Both the position numbers and the translations under genes were made by a program. This document shows, piece by piece, positions 40,481 to 53,385 of a DNA stretch of 64,000 nucleotides (positions are counted from its first letter, which is position 1; each line of letters starts with the position of its first letter). This DNA is from Laetmonice hystrix (lineage: Eukaryota). The notes beneath the pieces were generated by a model. That model did not search any database. It was not told the origin of the DNA and was given only the letters and a program-made list of their open reading frames with translations. The stretch covers positions 49,044,001 to 49,108,000 of the forward strand of contig OZ249436.1 in NCBI GenBank assembly GCA_965235115.1, in the 5' to 3' direction.

Positions 40481-40977
40481 CATCGGTGAGGTCGTCTCCA
40501 TCAGTGAGGTCGTCCCCATCGGTGAGGTCGTCTCCATCGGTGAGGTCTCTCCTTCGGTGAGGTCGTCACCATCGGTGAGGTCGTCTCTATCGGTGAGGTC
40601 GTCTCCATCGGTGAGGTCGTCTCCATCGGTGAGGTCTCTCCTTCGGTGAGGTCGTCCCCATCGGTGAGGTCGTCTCCATCGGTGAGGTCGTCTCCATCGG
40701 TGAGGTCGTCTCCATCGGTGAGGTCGTCTCTATCGGTGAGGTCGTCTCCATCGGTGAGGTCGTCTCCATCGGTGAGGTCGTCACCATCGGTGAGGTCGTC
40801 TCCATCGGTGAGGTCGTCTCCATCGGTGAGGTCGTCTCCATCGGTGAGGTCGTCTCCATCTGTGAGGTCTCTCCATCGGTCAGGTCGTCTCCATCGGTGA
40901 GGTCGTCACCATCGGTGAGGTCGTCACCATCGGTCAGGTCGTCTCCATCGGTCCGGTCGTCTCCATCGGTCAGGTCG
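40481..40977. repeat. Minisatellite, 18-bp unit, ~28 copies
   Basis: catcggtgaggtcgtctc repeated; explains the (SSPSVR)n and (METTSP)n ORFs. Confidence 0.95.
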
Positions 40978-41001
40978 CCGGATGTACATTATATTCGTAT
41001 T

Positions 41002-42713
41002 GGTTCTAGGTCAACTGCCCCCCAAGCAAACTACCCTCAGACAATTACCCCCCCACACACACACACACACATTTGCCCTCATATAAAACTGCCACCTCGG
41101 ACAATTGCCAACTAAGAAGATTGCCACTCAGTCAATTCCCCCTGGACAGTTGCTCCCTGTTATCTATCATAACCCCCTGGCCAGTTGCCCCCTGTTATCA
41201 TAGCCCCCTGGCCAGTTGCCCCTGTTATCATAGCCCCCTGGCCAGTTGCCCCCTGTTATCATAGCCCCCTGGCCAGTTGCCCCCTGTTATCATAGCCCAC
41301 TGGACAGTTGCCCCCTGTTATCTATCATAACCCCCTGGCCAGTTGCCCCCTGTTATCATAGCCCCCTGGCCAGTTGCCCCCCTGTTATCATAACCCCCTG
41401 GCCAGGTGCCCCCTGTTATTATAGCCCCCTGGCCAGTTGCCCCTGTTATCATAGCCCCCTGGCCAGTTGTCCCCTGTTATCATAGCCCCCTGGCCAGTTG
41501 CCCCCTGTTATCATAGCCCCCTGGCCAGTTGCCCCCTGTTATCATAGCCCCTGGACAGTTGCCCCCTGTTATCATAGCCCCCTGGACAGTTGCCCCCTGT
41601 TATCATAGCCCCCTGGACAGTTGCCCCCCTGTTATCATAACCCCCTGGCCAGTTGCCCCTGTTATCATAGCCCCCTGGACAGTTGCCCCCTGTTATCCTA
41701 GCCCCCTGGCCAGTTGCCCCCTGTTATCATAGTCCCCTGGACAGTTGCCCCCTGTTATCATAGCCCCCTGGACAGTTGCCCCCCTGTTATCATAGCCCCC
41801 TGGACAGTTGCCATGTGGTTGGGCAGGAACTAAAGTGAAGGAGCTAAAGTATAGTGAACTGTAGAAAAATTAAACGTAAACGCTGTAGAAAAATTAAACA
41901 TATCTGTCATATAACGTCATAACTACTGTTTATTACAGTTAAAAAATTATATATAAAATTATAATAACCCCAGCCCTAACTCTAACCCGAACCCTGAGTA
42001 CAGAGGGTCAGAGCTCAAAGAGAATAAAGCGCCTTTGAGGTAGAGTACATCTATACCCTTAGTACATAAGTCACACCTTGCCTCTCAAAGTGAACCTGCC
42101 ACTATGAGTCGGCAGCGGCCCGGGGGCAGGTTGCTGGGGGGGGGGGGGGGCAAGGGGGCAGTTGTCCTGGGGGAAGTTGCCTGTGTGGCAGTTATCCGAG
42201 TTGGCAATAGACCTGGGTGGGAGTTTTCCGGGGGGCAGTTGTCAGGGTGAGGTTGTCTGGGTGGCAGTTATCCGAGTTGGCAATAGTCCTGGGTGGGAGT
42301 TTTCCGGGGGGAGTTGTCAGGGTGAGGTTGTCTGGGTGGCAGTTATCTGAGTTGGCAATAGTCCTGGGTGGGAGTTTTCCGGGGGGCAGTAACTGTTGTC
42401 AGGGTGAGGTTGTCTGGGTGGCAGTTATCTGAGTTGGCAATAGTCCTGGGTGGGAGTTTTCCGGGGGGCAGTTGTCAGTGTGAGGTTGTCTGGTTGGCAG
42501 TAACTGTTGTCAGTGTGAGGTTGTCTGGTTGGCAGTAACTGTTGTCAGGGTGAGGTTGTCTGGTTGGCAGTAACTGTTGCCAGGGTGAGGTTGCCTGGGT
42601 GGCAGTTATCCGAGTTCCGGGGGGCAGTTGTCAGGGTGAGGTTGTCTGGGTGGCAGTTATCCGAGTTCCGGGGGGCAGTTGTCAGGGTGAGGTTGTCTGG
42701 GTGGCAGAGTACC
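41002..42713. mobile_element. Foldback/MITE-like element with expanded, mutually inverted subterminal repeat arrays
   Basis: C-rich left arm (caactgcccc..., ~30-bp array ggccagttgccccctgttatcatagccccct at ~41140-41812). G-rich right arm (gggggcagttgtc... array at ~42150-42705). Interior degenerate taaccc repeats at 41966-41996. Confidence 0.6.
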
Positions 42714-42723
42714 ATTCGGATTG

Positions 42724-42850
42724 CATACCGTGACACATATTACACATACCGTGACACATATTACACATACCGTGACACATATTACACATACCGTGACACA
42801 TATTACACATACCGTGACACATATTACACATACCGTGACACATATTACAT
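42724..42850. repeat. Minisatellite, 21-bp unit, 6 copies
   Basis: cataccgtgacacatattaca repeated. Confidence 0.95.
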
Positions 42851-44611
42851 TATCACGGAGTTTATCTCGCTCTACCATCAGTCAGATTTATGGGAAGCTA
42901 AAAAAAATTGAAAGACTAGATTGGCTTCCACTTCTGATGTATTGCATGACTCAAATGTGAGACCAGCTGATTGAACATTATTAAATGTTTTATTTCTTGT
43001 TTTATTTTTAAAAGTTTATATTCATTCCTACGTAAGTTTGTATTGATTAATTTAGGTTATGTTATCACATGATAATGTTCTTATTTTCGGCCCATAATGC
43101 TTTAAATTTTAAAAGTAGTATCTGACTTTTTAACCTTCCGAAGCATTGATCCAAAATGGATCGATATTTCTGCAAGAGGAAGAGAAGAAAATGATCCTTT
43201 CGTGTGCCTAAGGTATAAGGCATTGTGTCCGTAGGGCCTCAAGCCGCAACACGTAATGGTTAAATCTATGAGGAGTTTACGGGAGATCGTATTCCCACTG
43301 GGATCCTCGGTGACATGAAGGGCGCCTAGATTCCAACTGGATACGCGCTCGAGCAGGCATGTCCTTTTCTTGGATCAGTGATGACGAAAGTAGAAGGGTG
43401 CCATTTATGAATATTGACTTGCGCGTGTTGAGTTTACCGTGTAGCGTACACGTACCGACCACACTGACAGTAGGCAGTTGTTGGTCACAGCGAGACCATG
43501 GTCATATTATGGTGGTGACACAACCACCCGCTGCCTCACGTCACCCTCCTACCTGAATGTTGGGGGTCGAACCTCATTACTTGACGTTAAGTCCATATCA
43601 GGCCTTCATTACCTTATGCTGTCGGTCGCCAATGCTTCTGACTGGAGGATAAGCTCTGCTGAAACACCAGGTTTGATTGCTACGGTTCATAATGAAGTGC
43701 TGCAAAATCAATATCTCAACCTCATTTGGTGTGACAAGCAATTCGTCTATGCCGAGCCCAGCTCTAGCAAATGTCAAGGGTTGTGTGGCGGCCCCCACCC
43801 CGCCCAAACACCTCCCCGCCCGTGGACGTTCCCGGACCGGGTTGTCTCTTTGTCCCGTCCACTACCTGGGCCGGCTGCAGGCGGTTCCCCTATACGACAT
43901 ACATCATGACAGATTGCATTGAGCGCTGTCGGCGGCAGCGACGTGCGCTGGCTCTAAAGACATTGACATTTTAATGTACCACAGACACCTGTCAGCAGCG
44001 CAGATTATAACAGTTCTTTTGTCATCGCTACACATGCAGGTGCCATATGTTTTCAAAATTCAGAAAAGGAGCACTGAATATTTATTAATATATGTATTTT
44101 TGATTCTAAATAGAAAATGATAAGTATTCTCCTTTAGTTGTCACTGTAGAGTTTCTAGAAATAAAGAAAAATGGCATTGTCATAAGAAAGAGGACATGGA
44201 ATTCGAAAAGAGTAGGATATCATAAACATGCGAAGGACGAGATGCTCCAGGAGATATCTGTGCACAGAGAACCAGGATTCATTAAGGCGCTCCACTCCAT
44301 GTGTGTGTATATGGACGGTAATGATAGAGCGGCACCATGTACCACCTCTGGGAATCAATGTTTCTTTGCCAGTTGTAATGGCAGCCAGTCAGAATTGAAC
44401 ATTTACTGCCGTTTCCAGTATTATAATCCGCACATCTGCAGGATGTGTCGTCATATATAATCCCACGACGAACCTTAGTTCTTATCCTCCTCACAACGTC
44501 TATATCTTTTTGATTTAGCGTTCCGCGGCCGCTACTTGTACTATTAGCAAATGTAGCTAAACGGGGGGATAGCAATGGTTGATTATCCCTGTCGAGTAGT
44601 GACACCATGTA

Positions 44612-44831
<220 letters not shown>

Positions 44832-47739
44832 CCATGAAATTTGTTAATATAAAACCAGTATGGGAATGTGAAAAAATAGCAGGTATTTTCGATTATTAAT
44901 ACTTGAGAAAATAGGTTGATTTCTCCTTTTACCTCAGCCATATATTGATAGGAATTGTTTTTTGATCATACCGTTCTGGTATGTTATTGGCGATATCAAT
45001 GAAGCAAGGTTCCTTGAGACGGTGAATAGAATCTCAGATTGCACTTTTTCAGTCAGACACATTCTAGGCAAGGAAGGGTTGGGTTAAACGGGAAGCGAAC
45101 GTTTTATACTTGAAGAAAACATGAGCGTCTTTGTGAAACTGTTGTTGGTTACATCAAACTCTGTCTGATGTTTATCTGATTGTTGTTCACTGAAGATTAT
45201 TTGTGATGTGGTGTTGAATTGTGGAACTGCAGCAATGTAATGTTATACAGCGCCGTTGGTATATTAAAGGCGCCCACTCCTGATAGGGATGACATTCTGG
45301 AGACTGGCAATGGTTTGCGAGTCCTCGGTATTCAATTCCCTAAAGACATTTCTCAGACGTTTTGCTTCATGTTAGTTTTGAATCAAGTGAGATAGATACT
45401 AGTTTAAGGAGAACACCCTGCAATGCTCGCGGAGATTGCGCTACATTCCATTATTCTGGAAATCATACCAAAGGGGGAAAACGTTATTGTATGAAATCAG
45501 CACTGTGACCTTTTTCCTAAGGTTTGAATTCACGTGCCAGAAAAAGAAGTGTTGAAAATAAATCAACTCAGTACGGAACCAGCTTCTGCCTAAAGCAGGA
45601 CCTGAGTCCATCGACCTTTCATCAGTGGGGTTCCTAACAATTGATTTGAATTGATTTGTTGGGTTTAATGCAATCTTTCAAGAATCCGGTGAGGTTATTC
45701 ATGTCAAGTGAGTAGAAGTGAAATTGCTCGTCGTATGTCAGTGAATAAGATGATGTAAAGGAGACCCATGATGGTAGCGAGCCCTGTGAGGATAGATTTG
45801 TATCCTATGGTCAGACTCATATAAACCAGCCTCTATCAGTTACACGTTGAATGCCCAGCGGCTCCCATGTCTGAAAATTCCATCTTCAGCTTCCTATGTT
45901 AAGATTAAGGCTGCAATGATTGCGTTGTTCTCAGTCATCCGTTGGTAATTGTTTGATTACATAATATTATCTGCGGCACGACATGAAGAGGAGGGATAAA
46001 CCTCCAAGAAGCGTGGGAAAATATGAGGCGTCTAGATGATTATAACATCAGGACAAGCGGGTTGTGCAGTGAGGCGCTAACAACGATACCATTGTAGGGC
46101 AGGCGGTAGAACCCCAGACAGCCGCATGCATTGGTCTTAAATCAATGGTAAGGACGTATTGATTTTGGCTGCAGGTACTCTTCGAGACCATGTTCTTCCC
46201 GTGGACAGTTTAGACCTTCATCAGATAATGATTGGCACGCTACACTGGACACCCTTTGGGCACCAAACAAATGGCCTTGCCCATATTTATACCTACCATT
46301 TACAGAACCTTGTATTTTTTTTATATTCAAGGTTGCGAAATAATATAACGACATAAAACTGGATGTATTGAATGAGTAAAGGAAATACAATCTGTTGAAG
46401 GATGCGGGGAATACCAATCAAATGTATTTTGTTGATTGACAGACATATGTCTATTATTCCTTTGTACCGTTTTATCCTTACAGGCAACTGAGCGGCTGCC
46501 CGCTCAGTTTACCTCTCTCATTGATAGATATAGCCCTAGGTCTCTGCATATCATTGTTTGTGCCTTATATAGCCTTCTCTCATGCTACTTCCTGTGAGTA
46601 AATACCGGGTGCGTGTAAGCTGTAGGCCTAAGACTTTTTGTTTTGTTTTTTGTTTTGGTTTATTTCCACTCCGATGAATAATGCCAGAAGTAGCCATTCT
46701 CTTGTAGCAGTTGGAGTCGGGGAGAAAATAAAGATATTAAAGATTCAGCCGAGTGTCTCGGTAAAGAGGCTAAGGTCCCATGTGAGATGCACTCAAGGCT
46801 GAAGGGGGTCGTAAAATTCTTAACAGCTATTTCCGTCAACTAGGGCACTTAAGGTGGCCGGGACCTGTCGATGGTTGGATGTTAAACACGACCGACTAAC
46901 ATGCAGCTGCCAATGCCGCAAAACTAAACCAGGCAGATTTACTCTAAGCCTTACACCGTGGTGAGGGGAAAAGAAATCAGTGACGTTTCATCCTTTGTGA
47001 GTCCTAGATGTATCTTTCATCAGTCGGGAGATAATTTAGATCGTTAGCCTTGCTTCTCTGTAGCCAAATTTTATAGGCCATTTAAAGGCGATTGGTTCTG
47101 TCACGGAGACATGGCAATTATAGAAGCTAGTTTAGAGCAAGTGATTGTGCAGGTTTATGTTATGTTTGTATTGATGGAATGACCACATGCAGGAAAATGA
47201 ATAGACATAATCCGCTACATGGGGAAATTTCATGTCAGACCGCTCTCTAACAACGAAATGGCGCTGTGTGCACTTTTGATGTAGCGAAGTTGTGTGCGTC
47301 CCTTTTGTTCGAAGCAGCCTAAATCTATGTAGGGCCCTACTCATTTTGTGTGCGCTTACCAAGTGGGAATCCTTTGTTATATTGTTGGTATTGCTTAATT
47401 CTTTAAGGATACGGATGTACATAATTATCAAAATTCTTCACTGCAATAGCTTCATTTCCCTAATAAGATTAACCAAAGGTATGTACTTGTAATGGAAAAA
47501 TAAAACATTATTATTATTATTATTATTATATTGTCTTAAAAAGGGACAAATAAAAGTGGGTTTTACCTCATATCGTTTTATGAAGAGAAAGTTAGGTTTT
47601 CCATGTCCCCATTCGCAGTCAATCCGATTAGAGCGAGGTATATGTGTTTGTAATAAGGCCATCCACTTCGGAGGGACCTCTAAAGGTAGCACAATGACCA
47701 TTCATTACGATACGATCATCTTGGGCCACACTCAATTAC

Positions 47740-48370
47740 ACAGCCTCAGTAAGCTACGTGAGTACTCGGCAACATCTCTGGCCAGTTACGTTCGCTCGAG
47801 TGAGAAACTGGCAATGCATAGCAACAACAGGTGCACGTCACCAACGGCCTCGTGATGGAGTAGCCGTGTAGACAGGGTTGGCCACCTGCTCTCGTGGTGA
47901 TCTCGGTGACAGCGAGGACTTCATAAACCGGGCCCAGCACCAGTATTAACATTTAACTGTAGCGAAATCATTTCATTCCCACCAAATATAGTTCATTGAC
48001 ACGGAATACTTTTGTTCCCAGTATACCACAAAATCATTTTGAGGGAAAGAAATAATATCTGTTTTTCCGCCATGTCCTATTAGTCTACCTGTGATAGGTC
48101 ACGACTCACGTGACGTGTGTGGACAACGTATCCCTGACCTCTGGGACATGTACACAATGACCTTTTGGGATGAGGACTCACAGAGGAAAGATCTCTTCCA
48201 TTGAAACCCCCCGGATGTAATACTTCCTGACCTGGTTTTTCGGCAAGGTGACCAATTAATCGCCTAGCACGCCGAACTCATCGGCTGACAGATATAGGCC
48301 GACCTTCATGGAGCAAACACACGTTCGAGAAAACAATGCGGCCTTAATATTGGAAAGGAAATCTTTCGTA
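47740..48370 (+). repeat. Direct duplication, copy 1 (~630 bp unique sequence)
   Basis: Repeated at 50591-51221 (offset 2851); I saw no differences, and the ORF track shows identical peptides. Confidence 0.95.
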
Positions 48371-49044
48371 CACAGTATTCGGTGAGAGACACCAGAGAAG
48401 GGACACAGTACTCGGTGAGAGACACCACCAGTTAGAGAAGGGACACAGTACTCGGTGAGAGACACCACCAGTTAGAGAAGGGACACAGTACTCGGTGAGA
48501 GACACCACCAGTTCGAGAAGGGACACAGTCCTCGGTGAGAGACACCACCAGTTAGTGAAGGGACACAGTACTCGGTGAGAGACACCACCAGTTAGTGAAG
48601 GGACACAGTACTCGGTGGGAGACACCACCAGTTAGTGAAGGGACACAGTACTCGGTGGGAGACACCACCAGTTAGTGAAGGGACACAGTACTCGGTGAGA
48701 GACACCACCAGTTAGGGAAGGGACACAGTCCTCGGTGAGAGACACCACCAGTTAGAGAAGGGACACAGTACACGGTGAGAGACACCACCAGTTAGAGAAG
48801 GGACACAGTACTCGATGAGAGACACCACCAGTTAGAGAAGGGACACAGTACTCTGTGAGAGACACCACCAGTTAGAGAAGGGACACAGTACTCGGTGAGA
48901 GACACCACCAGTTAGAGAAGGGACACAGTACTCGATGAGAGACACCACCAGTTAGAGAAGGGACACAGTACTCGGTGAGAGACACCACCAGTTAGAGAAG
49001 GGACACAGTACTCGGTGAGAGACACCACCAGTTAGTGAAGGGAC
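48371..49044. repeat. Minisatellite, 40-bp unit, ~17 copies (array 1)
   Basis: ggacacagtactcggtgagagacaccaccagttagagaag repeated. Confidence 0.97.
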
Positions 49045-50594
49045 ATTGTCCTGCTCGACCACCAAAGCTCCTTTTTTAGGGGAGTGGCGGTGGCCTAGTG
49101 GGCATGGATGTCGACACCTTATGCTATGCGAATGGGTGCAGTAATCTTAGGGCCTGGGTTCGATTCCTGTAGAGGACTATACAACTTTTCTCTTTAGGGA
49201 CATTGTCAAAGTAATTGGGTTACCCCTGATGCCCGTGCATTTCAAAAGAAAAATACAGTCTACGCCAGTGCCAGGATTACCTTAACAGTCAATGTTCGGT
49301 AGAAATCATGTGTAGCTCTAACTAGGAAAATATGGATTCCGTCTCATTTCAAAAAGATGTGTGTAGGGGGGAGGGTCCATTGTCCTGCTCGACCACCAAA
49401 GCTCCTTTTTTAGGGGAGTGGCGGTGGCCTAGTGGGCATGGATGTCGACACCTTATGCTATGCGAATGGGTGCAGTAATCTTAGGGCCTGGGTTCGATTC
49501 CTGTAGAGGACTATACAACTTTTCTCTTTAGGGACATTGTCAAAGTAATTGGGTTACCCCTGATGCCCGTGCATTTCAAAAGAAAAATACAGTCTACGCC
49601 AGTGCCAGGATTACCTTAACAGTCAATGTTCGGTAGAAATCATGTGTAGCTCTAACTAGGAAAATATGGATTCCGTCTCATTTCAAAAAGATGTGTGTAG
49701 GGGGGAGGGTCCATTGTCCTGCTCGACCACCAAAGCTCCTTTTTTAGGGGAGTGGCGGTGGCCTAGTGGGCATGGATGTCGACACCTTATGCTATGCGAA
49801 TGGGTGCAGTAATCTTAGGGCCTGGGTTCGATTCCTGTAGAGGACTATACAACTTTTCTCTTTAGGGACATTGTCAAAGTAATTGGGTTACCCCTGATGC
49901 CCGTGCATTTCAAAAGAAAAATACAGTCTACGCCAGTGTCAGGATTACCTTAACAGTCAATGTTCGGTAGAAATCATGTGTAGCTCTAACTAGGAAAATA
50001 TGGATTCCGTCTCATTTCAAAAAGATGTGTGTAGGGGGGAGGGTCCATTGTCCTGCTCGACCACCAAAGCTCCTTTTTTAGGGGAGTGGCGGTGGCCTAG
50101 TGGGCATGGATGTCGACACCTTATGCTATGCGAATGGGTGCAGTAATCTTAGGGCCTGGGTTCGATTCCTGTAGAGGACTATACAACTTTTCTCTTTAGG
50201 GACATTGTCAAAGTAATTGGGTTACCCCTGATGCCCGTGCATTTCAAAAGAAAAATACAGTCTACGCCAGTGTCAGGATTACCTTAACAGTCAATGTTCG
50301 GTAGAAATCATGTGTAGCTCTAACTAGGAAAATATGGATTCCGTCTCATTTCAAAAAGATGTGTGTAGGGGGGAGGGTCCATTGTCCTGCTCGACCACCA
50401 AAGCTCCTTTTTTAGGGGAGTGGCGGTGGCCTAGTGGGCATGGATGTCGACACCTTATGCTATGCGAATGGGTGCAGTAATCTTAGGGCCTGGGTTCGAT
50501 TCCTGTAGAGGACTATACAACTTTTCTCTTTAGGGACATTGTCAAAGTAATTGGGTTACCCCTGATGCCCGTGCATTTCAAAAGAAAAATACAG
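49045..50594 (+). repeat. Tandem array of a 334-bp unit (4 full copies + 214 bp) with a tRNA-like Pol III promoter cassette
   Basis: Units start at 49045, 49379, 49713, 50047, 50381. Each has T6, A box TGGCCTAGTGG (49091-49101 in copy 1), B box GGTTCGATTCC (49157-49167) and TTTT (49186-49189). Confidence 0.95.
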
Positions 50595-51221
50595 CCTCAG
50601 TAAGCTACGTGAGTACTCGGCAACATCTCTGGCCAGTTACGTTCGCTCGAGTGAGAAACTGGCAATGCATAGCAACAACAGGTGCACGTCACCAACGGCC
50701 TCGTGATGGAGTAGCCGTGTAGACAGGGTTGGCCACCTGCTCTCGTGGTGATCTCGGTGACAGCGAGGACTTCATAAACCGGGCCCAGCACCAGTATTAA
50801 CATTTAACTGTAGCGAAATCATTTCATTCCCACCAAATATAGTTCATTGACACGGAATACTTTTGTTCCCAGTATACCACAAAATCATTTTGAGGGAAAG
50901 AAATAATATCTGTTTTTCCGCCATGTCCTATTAGTCTACCTGTGATAGGTCACGACTCACGTGACGTGTGTGGACAACGTATCCCTGACCTCTGGGACAT
51001 GTACACAATGACCTTTTGGGATGAGGACTCACAGAGGAAAGATCTCTTCCATTGAAACCCCCCGGATGTAATACTTCCTGACCTGGTTTTTCGGCAAGGT
51101 GACCAATTAATCGCCTAGCACGCCGAACTCATCGGCTGACAGATATAGGCCGACCTTCATGGAGCAAACACACGTTCGAGAAAACAATGCGGCCTTAATA
51201 TTGGAAAGGAAATCTTTCGTA
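50591..51221 (+). repeat. Direct duplication, copy 2
   Basis: Identical by eye to 47740-48370 and followed by the same 40-bp minisatellite. Confidence 0.95.
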
Positions 51222-53385
51222 CACAGTATTCGGTGAGAGACACCAGAGAAGGGACACAGTACTCGGTGAGAGACACCAGAGAAGGGACACAGTACTCGGT
51301 GAGAGACACCACCAGTTAGTGAAGGGACACAGTACTCGGTGAGAGACACCACCAGTTAGAGAAGGGACACAGTACTCGGTGAGAGACACCACCAGTTAGT
51401 GAAGGGACACAGTACTCGGTGAGAGACACCACCAGTTATAATCGGTGAGAGACACCACCAGTTAGTGAAGGGACACAGTACTCGGTGAGAGACACCAGAG
51501 AAGGGACACAGTACTCGGTGAGAGACACCACCAGTTAGAGAAGGGACACAGTACTCGGTGAGAGACACCACCAGTTAGAGAAGGGACACAGTACTCGGTG
51601 AGAGACACCACCAGTTAGAGAAGGGACACAGTACTCGGTGAGAGACACCACCAGTTAGAGAAGGGACACAGTACTCGGTGAGAGACACCACCAGTTAGAG
51701 AAAGGACACAGTACTCGGTGAGAGACACCAGAGAAGGGACACAGTACTCGGTGAGAGACACCACCAGTTAGAGAAGGGACACAGTACTCGGTGAGAGACA
51801 CCACCAGTTAGAGAAGGGACACAGTACTCGGTGAGAGACACCACCAGTTAGAGAAGGGACACAGTACTCGGTGAGAGACACCACCAGCTAGAGAAGGGAC
51901 ACAGTACTCGGTGAGAGACACCACCAGTTAGTGAAGGGACAGTACCCGGTGAGAGACACCACCAGTTAGAGAAGGGACACAGTACTCTGTGAGAGACACC
52001 AGAGAAGGGACACAGTACTCGGTGAGAGACACCACCAGTTAGAGAAGGGACACAGTACTCTGTGAGAGACACCACCAGTTAGAGAAGGGACACAGTACTC
52101 GGTGAGAGACACCACCAGTTAGTGAAGGGACACAGTACTCGGTGAGAGACACCACCAGTTAGAGAAGGGACACAGTACTCGGTGAGAGACACCACCAGTT
52201 AGAGAAGGGACACAGTACTCGGTGAGAGACACCACCAGTTAGAGAAGGGACACAGTACTCGGTGAGAGACACCACCAGTTAGAGAAGGGACACAGTACTC
52301 GGTGAGAGACACCACCAGTTAGTGAAGGGACACAGTACTCGGTGAGAGACACCACCAGTTAGTGAAGGGACACAGTACTCGGTGAGAGACACCACCAGTT
52401 AGAGAAGGGACACAGTACTCGGTGAGAGACACCACCAGTTAGAGAAGGGACACAGTACTCGGTGAGAGACACCACCAGTTAGAGAAGGGACAACTCGGTG
52501 AGAGACACCACCAGTTAGTGAAGGGGCACTGTAGGCCTACTCGGTGAGAGACACCACCAGTTAGAGAAGGGACACAGTACTCGGTGAGAGACACCAGAGA
52601 AGGGACACAGTACTCGGTGAGAGACACCAGAGAAGGGACACAGTACTCGGTGAGAGACACCACCAGTTAGAGAAGGGACACAGTACTCGGTGAGAGACAC
52701 CACCAGTTAGTGAAGGGACACAGTACTCGGTGAGAGACACCACCAGTTAGAGAAGGGACACAGTACTCGGTGAGAGACACCACCAGTTAGAGAAGGGACA
52801 CAGTCCTCGGTGAGAGACACCACCAGTTAGTGAAGGGACACAGGACTCGGTGAGAGACACCACCAGTTAGTGAAGGAACACAGTACTCGGTGAGAGACAC
52901 CACCAGTTAGTGAAGGGACACAGTACTCGGTGAGAGACACCACCAGTTAGTGAAGGGACACAGTACTCGGTGAGAGACACCACCAGTTAGTGAAGGGACA
53001 CAGTACTCGGTGAGAGACACCACCAGTTAGAGAAGGGACACAGTACTCGGTGAGAGACACCACCAGTTAGTGAAGGGGCACTGTAGGCCTACTCGGTGAG
53101 AGACACCACCAGTTAGTGAAGGGACACAGTACTCGGTGAGAGACACCACCAGTTAGTGAAGGGACACAGTACTCGGTGAGAGACACCACCAGTTAGAGAA
53201 GGGACACAGTACTCGGTGAGAGACACCACCAGTTAGTGAAGGGGCACTGTAGGCCTACTCGGTGAGAGACACCACCAGTTAGAGAAGGGACACAGTACTC
53301 GGTGAGAGACACCACCAGTTAGAGAAGGGACACAGTACTCAGTGAGAGGCACCAGAGAAGGGACACAGTACTCAGTGACAGACGC
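51222..53385. repeat. Minisatellite, 40-bp unit, roughly 55 copies (array 2)
   Basis: Same unit as 48371-49044, with 33-bp deletion variants and three GGCCTA-insertion variants. Confidence 0.97.

Noticed and set aside
40431..41115. Mucin-like (METTSP)n / (SSPSVR)n ORFs
   Set aside because: 18-bp minisatellite with 16-bp frameshifting variants; no splice or signal context.
43277..43909. Possible transposase or other coding remnant
   Set aside because: Multiple stops in the protein-like minus frame and no motif I could recognise.
46455..46600. Strong acceptor (ttttatccttacAG), open frame and GTGAGT donor, as possible RasGRF exon 2
   Set aside because: Peptide ATERLPAQFTSLIDRY... has no PH-domain similarity, and it starts with a perfect 10-bp hairpin more suggestive of a repeat. 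Cryptic exon at most.
46975..47030. Hammerhead-like CTGATGA...GAAAC on the minus strand
   Set aside because: Stem II cannot pair and no stem I/III is evident.
49045..49378. Retrozyme / self-cleaving ribozyme in the 334-bp unit (size fits; GCGAATGGG resembles HDV J4/2-P2)
   Set aside because: No CTGANGA...GAAA hammerhead core on either strand, and I could not build the HDV double pseudoknot or a twister fold by eye. An Infernal/RNArobo search would settle it.
48371..53385. CRISPR-like appearance of regular repeats
   Set aside because: Units are contiguous with no unique spacers, there are no cas genes, and the context is eukaryotic.
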